From Vicinamibacterales bacterium (lineage in GTDB: Bacteria; Acidobacteriota; Vicinamibacteria; Vicinamibacterales; JAMQPK01): 64,000 nt of DNA. Below, in pieces: positions 1-11,076 of this stretch. The notes beneath the pieces are model-generated. The model was not told the origin of the DNA, did not search any database, and saw only the letters and a list, made by a program, of their open reading frames with translations. Within the stretch, counting starts at the first letter, position 1. Each line of letters begins with the position of its first letter. The position numbers and the translations under genes are program-made. The DNA is taken from positions 351,101-415,100 of the forward strand of contig CAWBEG010000002.1 in NCBI GenBank assembly GCA_963787755.1, read 5' to 3'.

Positions 1-1
1 G

Positions 2-139
2 GTGGTGCCGGGCAGCAGCTTCTTCAACGATCGCACGGCCGGGCGCACGAAAGTGCGATTCGTGTACAGCAAGAAAGACGAGACGCTGCTGGAAGCCGAC
101 AAGCGGCTCGCGAAGCTGCGCGCCAAGGTAGCTCGATAA
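2..139 (+). CDS. 3' end of an aminotransferase-like gene (5' part lies outside the window)
   Basis: The frame is open from the window edge to TAA at 137-139. The translation VVPGSSFFNDRTAGRTKVRFVYSKKDETLLEADKRLAKLRAKVAR resembles the C-terminus of class I/II PLP aminotransferases. Confidence 0.45.
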   Translation: MVPGSSFFNDRTAGRTKVRFVYSKKDETLLEADKRLAKLRAKVAR

Positions 140-224
140 CGAAAAAGGCAGAACGAAGAACGAATAGAGATTCGCTCGGTGCGGTCTGCCTGCTTTATTC
201 GTTTTTCGTTCTTCGTTTTTCGTT
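139..224. repeat. Imperfect inverted repeat built from AACGAA-type words between convergent genes; probable bidirectional terminator hairpin
   Basis: aacgaaaaaggcagaacgaagaacgaata (139-167) faces its near reverse complement tattcgtttttcgttcttcgtttttcgtt (196-224). Confidence 0.6.
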
Positions 225-229
225 AGGTC

Positions 230-1055
230 CTAGTACCGCACCACTCCACCAAAGTAGATTCCCTTCGCCTTGAAGTCTCCGTGATCATCCTCGAAGACGT
301 AGCCGAGGTTCAGGCTGCGGTAGCCGATCTGGGCGCCGACGTAGTCGTTGAAATTCACCGTGCCGTAGAGGTCGAAGTCGAAGTAGTGCGCCTGGTAGCG
401 CTCATCGATGCCTGACGGAATCTTGAAGAGATCGAGCTCGCCCGTGATCGAGATGTTCGGCACCACGTAGACCCGCCCGATCCCGCCGATCGCAGGAATG
501 GGCGCCTGCGCGCGTGCGAACTCGCGTTCCGAGCGACGCGGCCTGGAGGGTCGCCTGGATGTCGGTGGCTTTGGCCTGCAGCACGATCCCGACGAACCCC
601 CGATCGCGGTAGATGAAGTCGTATTCGTAGCCGAGATGCCATGTCTTCCACGAGAGCTCGGTGGTTACCGGCAGATTGACGTCGTACCGGATGCCGTTGA
701 AGACGAACTCGCGATGCACGGTCGAGACGGCGGTGTAGGTCATCGGGAGATAGTTGATGCGGAACTTGTGCTTGCGGCCGGGCCGCAGCACGATGCGCAG
801 CTCGGGGATCTGCTTCTTTTCGATGCCGAGATCGGCGACGGCGTCGATTCTGGTGCCGAGCACGCCGAGCGATTCGCTCGCGATCTCGAACTCGGGCGGC
901 GGATTCCACCAGCCGAACGAGGCTTCGATGTGATACCGCTCGCCGGTCGCAGGGTCTGAAAATGGCGTTGCGGTGAACTGCGCGTCTGCTTTCATCGGCA
1001 TCAGAAGCACGGCGTACATGAGAAACAGGCCGATCACTGGCGTTCGAATCGACAT
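230..1055 (-). CDS. Outer-membrane beta-barrel protein (hypothetical), frame broken in this assembly
   Basis: ATG at 1055 opens a signal peptide MSIRTPVIGLFLMYAVLLMPMKADA. The sequence has an alternating amphipathic strand pattern and ends ...GIYFGGVVRY with a terminal aromatic residue. ORFs 402..1196 and 230..466 join across a frame change near 470-500. Confidence 0.6.
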
Positions 1056-1197
1056 CGTCACGCGTCCTTTGAATGAATAGTGCCCGGCGTAAGCCGGACC
1101 GCCCCGGTGTGAATTGAACGCCGCCGGAAAAACGGCGGCATGCGAGGCCTGCTGGGAGAAGGCACCTAAGAATAGCACGCTATACTGAAATGCCATA

Positions 1198-2958
1198 GTG
1201 ACTCCGGTTCGCCGCCTCCTCCCTTATATCGGCCGCTACCGCCGGGAATACATACTTGGCTTCGCTTCCCTGGTGCTGTGCTCGACGATGTTCGCGGTGT
1301 CGCCGCTGGTGCTGCAGTTCGCCATCGACGATCTGTACGCGGGGGTCACCAGAACGAAGCTGGCGTTCTACGCGCGCGTGCTGCTGCTGATTGCCGGGCT
1401 CGCCGGGTACTTCCGGTACCAGATGCGGCGCATCATCATCAGCGCGTCGCGCGGCTTCGAGTACGACCTCCGCAACGACTTCTTCGCCCACCTCGAGCGC
1501 CTGCCGGTGTCGTTCTTTCAGCAGAACCGGACCGGCGATCTGATGTCGCGCGCGACAAATGACCTCAGCTCCGTCCGCATGATGGTGGGGCCGGCGGTGA
1601 TGTACCTCGCCAATACGCTCATCACCGCGGTGGTCAGCCTGTCGCTGATGTTCTCGCTCGACGTGCGGCTGACGCTCATCGTGCTGCTGCCGCTGCCGAT
1701 CGTATCGATCACCGTGAAGATGTTCGGCACCGCGATCCACAAGACATTCGAAGAAGTGCAGGAAAAGCTCTCCGACATGAGCGCGGTGGTGCAGGAGTCG
1801 CTGACCGGCGTGCGTGTCGTGCGCGCGTATCGTCAGGAGGAGGCCGAGATCGCCCGCTTCCGCGAGGCGAACATCGATTACCTGCGGCACAACAAGCGGC
1901 TGAGCCGGCTGCAGGGGGCATTCTTCCCGACGATGTCGCTGTTTCTCGGCATCAGCGCGCTGCTTGCGTTGTGGCTCGGCAGCCGCGACGTGATGAGCGG
2001 ACGCCTGACCGTCGGCGAGCTCGTCGCGTTCAACGCGTATCTCGCGCAGCTGGCGTGGCCGATGATCGCGTTCGGATGGGTCACGAATCTGCTCGAGCGC
2101 GGCATGGCCTCATGGAAGCGCATGCTCACCGTCATGGAGACGGTGCCTGCGTCGGTGACGAGACGGATGAGACGGGATTGGAAGCAGTCACGGGTATCAC
2201 GCGTGCGAGGGGCGATCGAATTCCGGAACCTGAGCTTCCTCTACGGCAATCGCGAAGTGCTGAGCAACGTCTCGTTCTCGGTAAGGCGGGCGAGACGGTC
2301 GCCATCGTCGGCGCCACGGGATCCGGCAAATCGACGCTGGTCAATTTGCTGCCGCGCCTGCAGAACCCTCCAAGGGGTACCGTGTTCATCGACGGACGTG
2401 ATGTTCGCGACATTCCGCTCAGCGATCTGCGCGGCATCATCGGCTTTGTGCCACAGGAGCCGTTCCTGTTTTCCGATACGCTCGCCGACAACGTCGCGTT
2501 CGGCGTGCCGGGAGTGAAGCAGGACGCCGTCGCGCGCATCGAAGCCGCTGCATCGGTCGCCCAGCTCGACAAGGACGTTCGCGACTTCCCGCACGGCTAC
2601 GAGACGATGGTCGGGGAGCGCGGCATCACGCTGTCGGGCGGGCAGAAGCAGCGCACCGCCATCGCGCGCGCCGTCGTCACCGATCCGCGCATTCTCATTC
2701 TGGATGATGCGCTGTCCGCGGTGGACACGTACACCGAGGAGGAGATCCTGACGCGCCTGCGCGGCGTGATGAAGGAGCGGACGGCCATCATCATTTCGCA
2801 TCGCATTTCGACCGTTCGCGACGCCGATCAGATTGTCGTGCTGGACGCCGGACGCGTGGTCGAGAAGGGCACGCACGACCAGCTGATCCGCCGCGGCGGA
2901 CACTATGCGGAGCTGTACAAGAAGCAGCTGCTGGAGGAGGAGCTCGCGGCCTCGCTGA
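1198..2958 (+). CDS. ABC exporter, fused permease/ATPase half-transporter (MsbA/MdlA-like), frame broken
   Basis: A six-TM type I exporter domain is followed by Walker [10 protein letters not shown], the signature LSGGQKQR and Walker B ILILDDA. The frame changes near 2282 (..VSFSV / [10 protein letters not shown]). The stop is not resolved; TGA at 2956-2958 abuts the next ATG. Confidence 0.85.
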
Positions 2959-4781
2959 ATGTCGTTCCACGAAGAAGAAGTCCTCGGCAAGGCCTACGAT
3001 GCGCGGCTGATGCGCCGCCTGCTGGCGTACCTGCGCCCGCACAAGTGGTACGTCGCCGGTGCGCTCCTGGCGCTCGTCGGCGACGCGGTCGTCCAGCTGG
3101 CGCCGCCGTATCTCGTCAAGATCGCCATCGATCAGTACATCGCGCAGGGGGACGTGCCGGGCTGAACAACATCGCGCTCGTATACCTCGCGGTGCTGGTC
3201 GCGTCGTTCACGCTCGAATACGCGCAGACCTACATGATGCAGATGATCGGCCAGCGCATCATGTTCGACATGCGCATGCAGATTTACACCCACCTGCAGC
3301 GGCTGGATCTGTCGTTCTACGACCGGAACCCCGTCGGGCGGCTGATGACGCGCGTGACGACCGACGTCGACGTCATCAACGATCTGTTCACGTCGGGCGT
3401 CGTCGCCGCGTTCGGCGATCTGTTCATGCTCGTCGGCATCATGGTGACGCTGCTGTGGATGGACTGGCGGCTTGCCTTGATTGCCTTCTCGGTGCTGCCG
3501 CTGATTCTTGTTCTCGCGCAGTGGTTCCGGCGGAACGTGCGCGAGTCGTACCGAAAAGTGCGCCTGAGGATCGCGCGCATCAACGCCTTTCTCAACGAGC
3601 ACATCAACGGCATGGCGACGGTCCAGCTGTTCCGCCGTGAAGAGGTGAACTACGGGCGCTTCGAGCACATCAACCGGGAGCATCGCGACGCCAACGTCGA
3701 GCAGATTTTCTTCTACGCCGTGTTTCTGCCGGCGGTCGAGTTCGTCGCCGCGATCGCGACGGCGCTGATTCTCTGGTACGGCGGCGGCTTCGTGCTGAAC
3801 AACACGCTGACGCTCGGATCGCTCGTGGCGTTCATTCTCTACGCCGGCCGGTTCTTCCGTCCGATCAGCGACATGTCGGAAAAGTTCAACACGCTCCAGG
3901 CCGCCATGGCGTCATCGGAGCGGATTTTTCAGCTGCTCGATACTGAGGTCGCGGTAAAAAATTCCCTGACAGGGCAGAGGCAGCAGAGGGCAAGAGGGCA
4001 CATCGTCTTCGACAACGTGTCGTTTGCGTACAAGGACGACGACTACGTGCTTCGGAACGTCTCGTTCGAAGTGAAGCCAGGCGAGCGGGTAGGCATCGTC
4101 GGTGCCACGGGCGCGGGGAAGTCCACGCTCATCAGCCTGCTGCTGCGGTTTTACGACGTGACGAGCGGGCGCATCCTGATCGACGGCGTCGATATCCGCG
4201 CAATGGATCTCGGCACGCTGCGGAAGATGTTCGGTCTCGTTCTGCAGGACGTGCATCTGTTTTCAGGCACGATTGCCGGCAATATCCGGCTGGGCGACGA
4301 CTCGATCGATGATGCGCGGGTGCGCGACGCGGCGCGAGCGGTCCACGCGCATCGGTTCATCGAATCGCTTCCCGGCGGTTACGACGCGCGGGTCGCGGAG
4401 CGCGGCGCGACGCTGTCGGTCGGGCAGAAACAGCTGCTGTCGTTTGCGCGCGCCCTCGCGTTCGATCCGTCCGTGCTGATTCTGGACGAAGCGACCTCGA
4501 GCGTCGACACGGAGACCGAGCTGCTGATTCGCGACGCACTGCGGGTGCTGATGTCCGGCCGCACCACGCTTGCGATCGCTCATCGTCTTTCGACGATCCA
4601 GGACATGGACAACATCCTCGTGTTCCACAAGGGCAAGCTGCGCGAGGCTGGCAGTCACCAGCGGCTGCTGGCGATGCGCGGGATTTACTACAAGCTGTTT
4701 CAGCTGCAGTACAAAGCGGCTACTCCGGCGGCGGCTCAGGACGGTCGGAGGTCGCGGTCCTCCAGGGTCTCTCAAACGTAG
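2959..4781 (+). CDS. ABC exporter, fused permease/ATPase half-transporter (MdlB-like partner), frame broken
   Basis: ATG at 2959. A TM domain is followed by [17 protein letters not shown] and ILILDEATS. The frame changes near 3160. Confidence 0.85.
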
Positions 4782-5361
4782 GATTCGGCAGCGGCGCGAC
4801 GCTGCCGTCCGGGATGCGTTCGGGGCGCGGCTGGCGCGGCGGCGGCGGCTGCTGCGGTTCGTCGTCCGGTCTCACGTACGGGATCCGGCGATGAAAGAGC
4901 GTTTCCATCAGCGGCGTCGTGTCCTTGGGGTTCCATCCGAGACGAAGCACGACGAGATGCACGTCCTGCCGGCCGAAACGCAGCGCGTCGAAGCAGCTCC
5001 ACATGTACACGTCGAGCTCGTTGCCCTGCACTTCGGGGCCCGTGTCCATGATCGTGTAGACGCCGTCGTACTGGTTGGATTCGAAATCGGCCTGAATGAC
5101 CGATCCCACCGGAAGCATTTCCGCATCCGCGGCGGCGACGCCGCTGCGAGCCGCGACGCCCGACGCGGTCGTGTGCCCTTTGCAGTATGCCGTCGCTTTG
5201 AACTGCAGGCGCGCGCCCGGAATCGGGCGCAGCGTGCCCTTGAGCAGCTCAGCCTGGCGCGAGCCGTAGCGCGAATCCGAGACGGTCGCTTCGTACAGAA
5301 GCACGAAGGCCGCCACCAGCATCATGCTGGGGAAGATACGCCGCCAGAAATATTTCCTCAT
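4720..5361 (-). CDS. 3D-domain (MltA/RlpA-like) cell-wall protein with a Pro-rich tail
   Basis: ATG at 5361 overlaps the thiL stop (ATGA). An N-terminal TM helix is followed by the 3D-domain pattern [16 protein letters not shown]...[13 protein letters not shown]...[19 protein letters not shown]. Confidence 0.6.
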   Translation of the reverse strand: MRKYFWRRIFPSMMLVAAFVLLYEATVSDSRYGSRQAELLKGTLRPIPGARLQFKATAYCKGHTTASGVAARSGVAAADAEMLPVGSVIQADFESNQYDGVYTIMDTGPEVQGNELDVYMWSCFDALRFGRQDVHLVVLRLGWNPKDTTPLMETLFHRRIPYVRPDDEPQQPPPPRQPRPERIPDGSVAPLPNPTFERPWRTATSDRPEPPPE

Positions 5362-6383
5362 GCGAAATGTTCGAACCCCGCCGGCAGCTCTTCGGTGCTG
5401 CCGTTGCGGCTCACGACGCATCGCGCGATCTGTCGTCAGCCGCCCGATGCGGGTGACGGTGAGATCGCCGGCCAGCCGTCTCGCGTTCTTCAGACGCGAG
5501 CGCATCCTGGGCGATACCGCAAACAGGAGTTCGTAATCTTCCCCGCCACCGAGGGCATCGCGCAGTGTCGCGCCCTCCTCGATGGGCAATGCATCAACCT
5601 CGACGATCGCGCCAAGGCCGCTGGCCTCGCCGATTTGCCGTATCCCGTCGGCAAGGCCATCACTGAGATCGATGCACGCGCGTGCCGCGCGATTGCGGCC
5701 GAGCATCAACCCAAAACGCGTCCGAGGCTCGGGCCGCAGATACCGCATCGACGCGCGGGTCGTCGCAGCTTGTCGCGTCCGAAGCGGCGAAGCCGCGGCG
5801 GCGGACAGCATGCGTAACCCGCGGCAGCGCCCCCGAGCGTGCCCGTGACGTAAAGATCATCGCCGGCGCGACCGCCCGCACGTGTGAGGACGCGGCGCCT
5901 GTGAACCGATCCGGTAGCAGTCACGTCGACAATGAGCGGCCCGGGGGAGCGGGCGATGTTGCCGCCGACGATGGAAATGCGGGCTCGCGCGGCCAGGGCG
6001 GTCAGACCGTCGAGGAGCGCATCAACGCTCGCAACGGGCATCGCAGGCGGCAGCACGAGCGACAAAAGGGCGACGCGCGGCGCCGCGCCCATGGCCGCAA
6101 GATCGCTCAGATTGACGGCGAGCGCCTTGTGACCGATATCGGCCGCTCCGACGAACGTCTGGTCGAAGTGTACGCCCTCGACCTGGGAATCGGTAGTCAG
6201 AACCTCGAGCAGGTTTCGCTCGGGTTCGACGACCGCCGCGTCGTCGCCGATGCCGACAATGACGAAGGCCGGAGCAGGTGGGATTCGCTGGCGGATACGC
6301 TCGATGAGCGCATGCTCTCCGACATCGCCCACAGTCTGTGCCAATCCCTGATCCCCGATCCCTAATCCCTGGCGGGAGATCAT
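5358..6383 (-). CDS. thiL: Thiamine-monophosphate kinase, frame broken twice
   Basis: Motifs [40 protein letters not shown] and the C-terminal [10 protein letters not shown] are recovered across three frames, with breaks near 5815 and 5425. The start is ATG at 6383 or, more likely, GTG at 6332. With the GTG start, the GGGATT word element is intergenic. Confidence 0.8.
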
Positions 6384-7954
6384 TTCGCGTACTCGACGGC
6401 GCGCGTTTCCCGGATGACCGTCACCTTGATGTGCCCCGGGTATTCGAGCTCGTTCTCGATGCGCTTGGCGATGTCCTTCGACAACCATACTGCCTCTTCA
6501 TCCGAGATCCGCTCGCTTTCGACCATGATGCGAATCTCGCGCCCGGCCTGCAGCGCGAACGCCTTCGATACGCCCTTGAACGAATCGGCGATCTCCTCGA
6601 GCTTTTCGAGCCGCTTCACGTACGACTCGAGAATGTCGCGGCGCGCGCCGGGCCGGGCCGCCGAGATCGCATCTGCCGCCTGCACGATCATCGCTTCGAG
6701 CGACGGCCAGTCGATGTCCATATGGTGCGCCGCCATCGCCATGACGACCGGCTCGCTCTCGCCGTATTTGCGCAGCAGGTCGATGCCAATCTGCAGATGC
6801 GTTCCCTCGAGCTCGCGGTTGACCGCCTTGCCGCAGTCGTGGAGAAACGCGGCGCGGACAGCGACGTTCGCATCGAGGCCCACTTCCTTCGCCATGATTC
6901 CGGCCAGATAGGCGACCTCCTTGGAGTGATTCAGCACGTTCTGGCCGTAACTGGTTCGGTACTTGAGCCGTCCCATCAGCTTCTGCAGCTCGGGGTGGAG
7001 GTCGTGCATGCCCAGCTCGAACGCCGCCGCTTCGCCGTCCTTCCGGACCGACTCTTCCATCTCCGCCTTCACCTTTTCCACGACTTCTTCGATGCGCGCC
7101 GGATGGATGCGACCGTCGGCGATGAGCCGCTCGATGGCCTGCTTGGCGATCTCGCGCCGATAGGGATCGAATCCCGACAGGATGATCGCGCCCGGCGTGT
7201 CATCGACGATGAGATCGACGCCCGTCGCCTGTTCGAGCGCGCGGATGTTGCGCCCCTCCCGGCCGATGATGCGTCCTTTCAAATCGTCGCTCGGCAAGTC
7301 GACCACCGAGACGGTGGTTTCAGTGGTGTGCTCGGCCGCGCTGCGCTGGATGGCCTCGGTGATGTACTGGCGGGCTTTAGCGCCGGCCTGCTCGCGGGCC
7401 TCGGCGTCGAGGCGCTTTACGAGATTCGCGGCGTCGCGCCGCGCGTCAGCCTCGATGTGTTTGAGCAGGAGGTCTTTGGCCTCCTCCGTCGTCAACCCCG
7501 ACAACCGCTCGAGCTCGTGCTGCTGCGCGGCGACGAGCTGCTCATATTTGACGGCGGCAGCCGACGTGCTCTTCTCGCGATCGGCGATCGTCTGCGACTG
7601 CGCCTGGAGCTCGCGTTCCTTCCGTTCGGCTGAAGCCATCTTGTCGGTAAGGGTCGACTCCTTGCGGCGCAGCTGTTGTTCGGTGTCGGAGAGCTGCTGG
7701 GATTTGTCCCGCGCGACCCGCTCGGCTTCGGTGCGTAGCTCGTGGGCCTTTTCCTTGGCCTCGAGCAGCGCTTCCTTCTTGCGGCTCTCGGCGTCGCGAT
7801 CGGCATCCTTCATGACGCGAATCGCCTGCTCTTCCGCGCGGCCGATGGTCTCGGCGGCGATGCGCTTGCGATTGGCGACCCAGTAGGCGAAGACGATGCC
7901 GGCGACGACCGCGGTGATGACGCCATTGATGAGATAGAACGGATACAGGCCCAT
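6380..7954 (-). CDS. rny: Ribonuclease Y
   Basis: An intact 524-aa ORF with an N-terminal TM helix, a Lys/Glu-rich coiled coil, a KH domain and an HD domain (LHDCGKA...HH). Confidence 0.95.
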   Translation of the reverse strand: MGLYPFYLINGVITAVVAGIVFAYWVANRKRIAAETIGRAEEQAIRVMKDADRDAESRKKEALLEAKEKAHELRTEAERVARDKSQQLSDTEQQLRRKESTLTDKMASAERKERELQAQSQTIADREKSTSAAAVKYEQLVAAQQHELERLSGLTTEEAKDLLLKHIEADARRDAANLVKRLDAEAREQAGAKARQYITEAIQRSAAEHTTETTVSVVDLPSDDLKGRIIGREGRNIRALEQATGVDLIVDDTPGAIILSGFDPYRREIAKQAIERLIADGRIHPARIEEVVEKVKAEMEESVRKDGEAAAFELGMHDLHPELQKLMGRLKYRTSYGQNVLNHSKEVAYLAGIMAKEVGLDANVAVRAAFLHDCGKAVNRELEGTHLQIGIDLLRKYGESEPVVMAMAAHHMDIDWPSLEAMIVQAADAISAARPGARRDILESYVKRLEKLEEIADSFKGVSKAFALQAGREIRIMVESERISDEEAVWLSKDIAKRIENELEYPGHIKVTVIRETRAVEYAK

Positions 7955-7965
7955 TCGGGTCCTTA

Positions 7966-8114
7966 ACTGGTTCCGGGTTCCGGTGTCCGGTTCCGGGGAT
8001 TCTGGTTCTCGATTCTCGGTTCGCGGATCGGGCTCCGCGACTGGAACCCGGAACGGTGAACCAGAACTCAGAACCCGGAACGAACCCGGAACGTGGAACG
8101 CGGAACCTGGAGCC
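7966..8114. repeat. ~150-nt imperfect hairpin made of GGTTCCG words (left arm) and CGGAACC words (right arm)
   Basis: The left arm ggttccgggttccggtgtccggttccgggg... (7969-8039) faces ...gaacccggaacgaacccggaacgtggaacgcggaacc (8041-8110). It lies between the candidate 6S RNA and the rny start. Confidence 0.7.
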
Positions 8115-8345
8115 TAGAGGAGAGTATGCGAAAGGCCCCGCTTTGCCGTGTGGGGAGGTCGAATGGACCTGCGTAAGCAGGTGGAACCGCTCGGGAGCCG
8201 CGCTTTAGGCTTCCTCGCACCGAGGCATGCGCACCACGCGGCGTTGCGATTCTCTTAGGTTAAACGTTGGCCCAAACGAGCCTCCGAAACCATCACGCGC
8301 AAAGCAGGGAACTCAGTTTCCGATAGTGATCTTAGTCCCCTCCGG
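8112..8345 (-). ncRNA. ssrS: Candidate 6S RNA (boundaries approximate)
   Basis: It lies directly downstream of the zapA stop, which is the E. coli zapA-ssrS arrangement. Long-range complementary segments give a rod shape: 8336-8343 with 8116-8123 (with G-U pairs), 8298-8309 with 8137-8149, and 8277-8286 with 8154-8161. A local hairpin at 8167-8182 sits on the 3' side of a central unpaired region. No covariance model was run. Confidence 0.4.
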
Positions 8346-8346
8346 C

Positions 8347-8637
8347 CTAGGGGGCAAGCGCCGCGTCGACGAGGCGCTCGAGGGCTTCGGTGCGCTCGGC
8401 GAGGGCGCCGCGGCTCGCTTTCTGAACGTCCTGGCAGCGGAACAATTCGTCCGCGATGTTCAGCGCCGCCAGCACGGCAAGCCGTACCGAGTCGCCCGAG
8501 GGCGTCGATTCGGACGCTGCCCGTATTTTTTCGTCCACGTACGTGGCGAGCACGTTGACGTAGCGCGCGTCGAGCTCGCTGCGGATGGGATAACGCTGTC
8601 CGCGAATCTCCACCGACACGACGTGAGGCTCAGGCAT
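8347..8637 (-). CDS. zapA: Cell division protein ZapA
   Basis: 96 aa, MPEPHVVSVEIRGQRYPIRSELDARYVNVLATYVDEKI...LAVLAALNIADELF. This matches the typical ZapA pattern and lies downstream of pheT, as in Bacillus. Confidence 0.85.
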   Translation of the reverse strand: MPEPHVVSVEIRGQRYPIRSELDARYVNVLATYVDEKIRAASESTPSGDSVRLAVLAALNIADELFRCQDVQKASRGALAERTEALERLVDAALAP

Positions 8638-8645
8638 TGGGGGTC

Positions 8646-8927
8646 CTACAGACTCAGTCCTTCGAGCTGTTCCAGCATGTCGGAGACGCGGCCGCGAATC
8701 GACTCGCGCTCCATTCTCAGCGCGGCGACTTCGGCGAGGCCAGTCTCCGATTCGGCGATTCTGGCTCTCGCCGACTCGAGGTCGCGAGACAGTCTCGCGA
8801 TCTCTTCGGAGGCGCGCGCCTGGTCGGCCTTCAGCCGGCCGATCATCGCGACGAGCATTTTCACTTTCTCTTCCAGACGGTCGATGGGTTCCAGATCGAC
8901 AGAACGGGCGGTTGCAGCACGGGACAT
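8646..8927 (-). CDS. ZapB-like coiled-coil cell division protein
   Basis: A 93-aa all-coiled-coil protein (IDRLEEKVKMLVAMIGRLKADQARASEEIARL...) immediately upstream of zapA. Confidence 0.6.
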   Translation of the reverse strand: MSRAATARSVDLEPIDRLEEKVKMLVAMIGRLKADQARASEEIARLSRDLESARARIAESETGLAEVAALRMERESIRGRVSDMLEQLEGLSL

Positions 8928-8959
8928 TGGGGGACCTCCGAAGTTCAGGATCCGTGACC

Positions 8960-11045
8960 CTATCGTTGTATTGCGTCGTGCGCATTTTTCAGCGCAGTTA
9001 AAATCTCTTTCATCGCCGTCTCCACTTCCGCATCTGTCAGCGTCCGCTCGAGGGAACGGAACGTGAGGCGAAGCGAGAGACTGACGCGCCCTTCGGGCAC
9101 GCCCTTGCCTTGATACCGATCGAACTCGCGCACCGAGACGAGCGTGTCCGGAGCAGCCGCACGGATAGTGCCACGAACTGTTTCCGCGGGCAAGGTCTCG
9201 TCGACCACGATCGAGATATCGCGCGCGCTAGAGGGATAGCGGGGAAGCGGCTTTACGGCCAGGGGCGCCTGCGATTGCGACGCGGTGATGGCATCGAGGT
9301 CGAGCTCGGCCACATATACGTCGTCGCTCGCCGACAATCCCGCCGCTGCGACGATGGCCGGCGTCAGCATGCCGACGCTGCCAATCGCACGCCCCTCGAC
9401 AGAGATCGTGGCCGCACGGCCGCGGACGAGGTAGCGGGGCACCAACGCCCCATCGAAGGCCACCTCGGCCTGCAAAGCGCCCGCGATGGCTTCGACGATC
9501 CCCTTCGCGTCGAAGAAGTCCGTGGGACGGTGTCCGGCGCTCCAGTGCACTGTAACGCCGCTGCCGGTGAGCGCTGCGGCAACGCGGCGTGACTCGCCCG
9601 CTCGCGTCATAGTGGCTCCGAGCTCGAAAAGCCGCACATCGGCGCGTTCGCGGTGGCGATTGTGCGCGACTGACGCCAGCAGGCCGGGCAGCAACGACGG
9701 TCGAAGCACTGAGAATTGCGCAGACGAGCGGATTGCCGATTGGCACAATCGCCCGATCGTCAGCAAACTGGGCGGCTACCGCCGCGTCAATGAAGGAGAA
9801 GGTCAACGCTTCCGAGCAGCCGCTGGCGAGGAGTACTCTCCGCACGAGCCGATCGCGTCCTATCGCCGGGTCCGAGGGTGCAGGAGGGGCGCTGAGCGAC
9901 GGAAAGGTCGACGGCAAACGGTCGTAGCCGTAGTGACGTGCGACATCCTCGATCAGATCGGCTTCCCGCAGGACGTCGACGCGAAATGTCGGCGCACCAA
10001 CGTCCCATCCGGCGTTGTTCCGGCGAATCTGAAACCCCAGCCCCTTGAGGATGCGCTCGACGTCGGGATCGCCGATCTCCAGTCCGAGCACGCGCTGAAT
10101 GCGCTCCCGGCGCAGTTCGATTTGTCTCGGGGTCACTGGGACGGGATATTCGTCGATCGCGCCGCCGCGCGCCGTTCCTGCGCCAATGTCCTCGAGAAGC
10201 GAGATGGCCCGCTCGATGCCTTGCACCGCCGCGTTGACGTCGGCACCCCGTTCGAACCGCGCCGATGCCTCCGTCTTGAGCCCCAGCTTCCTGCTCGTGC
10301 GGCGAACGCTCTTCGGATCGAAAAACGCGCTTTCGAGCACGATGGTTTTAGTTCTGTCGCTCACTTCCGACCCGCCGCCGCCCATCACGCCCGCAACCGC
10401 TTGCGCCTTGTCGCGGTCGGCTATCACCAGCATCTCAGGATCGAGCGCGCGATCGATGCCGTCGAGCGTTGTGATGCGCTCGCCGGGTGCCGCCCGGCGA
10501 ATCCGGATTTCCTTTCCCGCGAGCCTCTCGAGGTCGAACGCATGCATCGGCTGTCCGAGCTCGAGCAGGACGTAGTTTGTGACGTCGACGACGTTGTTGA
10601 TGGGACGCACACCGGCGGCCTGCAGTCGTGACGCCAGCCAGCCGGGCGAGGGCCCGATGGTGACATCCGCGACTGCCGCCGCATAGCGGGGGCACAGATC
10701 TGGCGCTTCCAGCTTTACCGCCACATCTTCAGTTGGCTTGGATGTGAGCGGCTTCGGGACCAGTGGCTTCACCGGCAGTGAGTACGCGGTGCCCACCTCG
10801 CGTGCGAAACCGATGACGCTGAGCGCATCGGGCCGGTTGGCCGTCACCTCGAAATCCAGGACAGCGTTGTCGGAATGGCTCCGGGAGCCTTTTTCGCGCG
10901 AGCCCTCGAAAAAGGCTCCCGGAGCTGTTTCGACCCGCTCGATACTCGAGAGCTCGAACCCCCGCGATGTCAGCATTTCGCCGAGTGCTTCCGCCGATAC
11001 GTTCACGTCCACGAAATCGCGGAGCCAGGAGGCGACGATTTTCAT
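8960..11045 (-). CDS. pheT: Phenylalanine--tRNA ligase beta subunit, frame broken; short form lacking the OB-fold tRNA-binding domain
   Basis: MKIVASWLRDFV..., VTANRPDALS, RPINNVVDVTNYV, the B3/4 and B5 domains and the C-terminal FDRYQGKGV anticodon-binding-like domain are present. ORFs 9228..11045 and 8960..9766 join near 9725-9765. Confidence 0.9.
10878..10925. repeat. Perfect 19-bp inverted repeat (10-nt loop), exactly 48 nt, in frame inside pheT
   Basis: gctccgggagcctttttcg (10878-10896), loop cgcgagccct, then cgaaaaaggctcccggagc (10907-10925). It encodes APGAFFEGSREKGSRS. Confidence 0.85.
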
Positions 11046-11076
11046 TGTTTAGATGCGGCGATTAGCTGCTTAGTAT

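Noticed and set aside
8227-9066. A 279-aa plus-strand ORF covering the zapA/zapB region.
   Set aside because: It is antisense to two well-supported small genes and to the candidate 6S RNA, and it has no recognisable motif.
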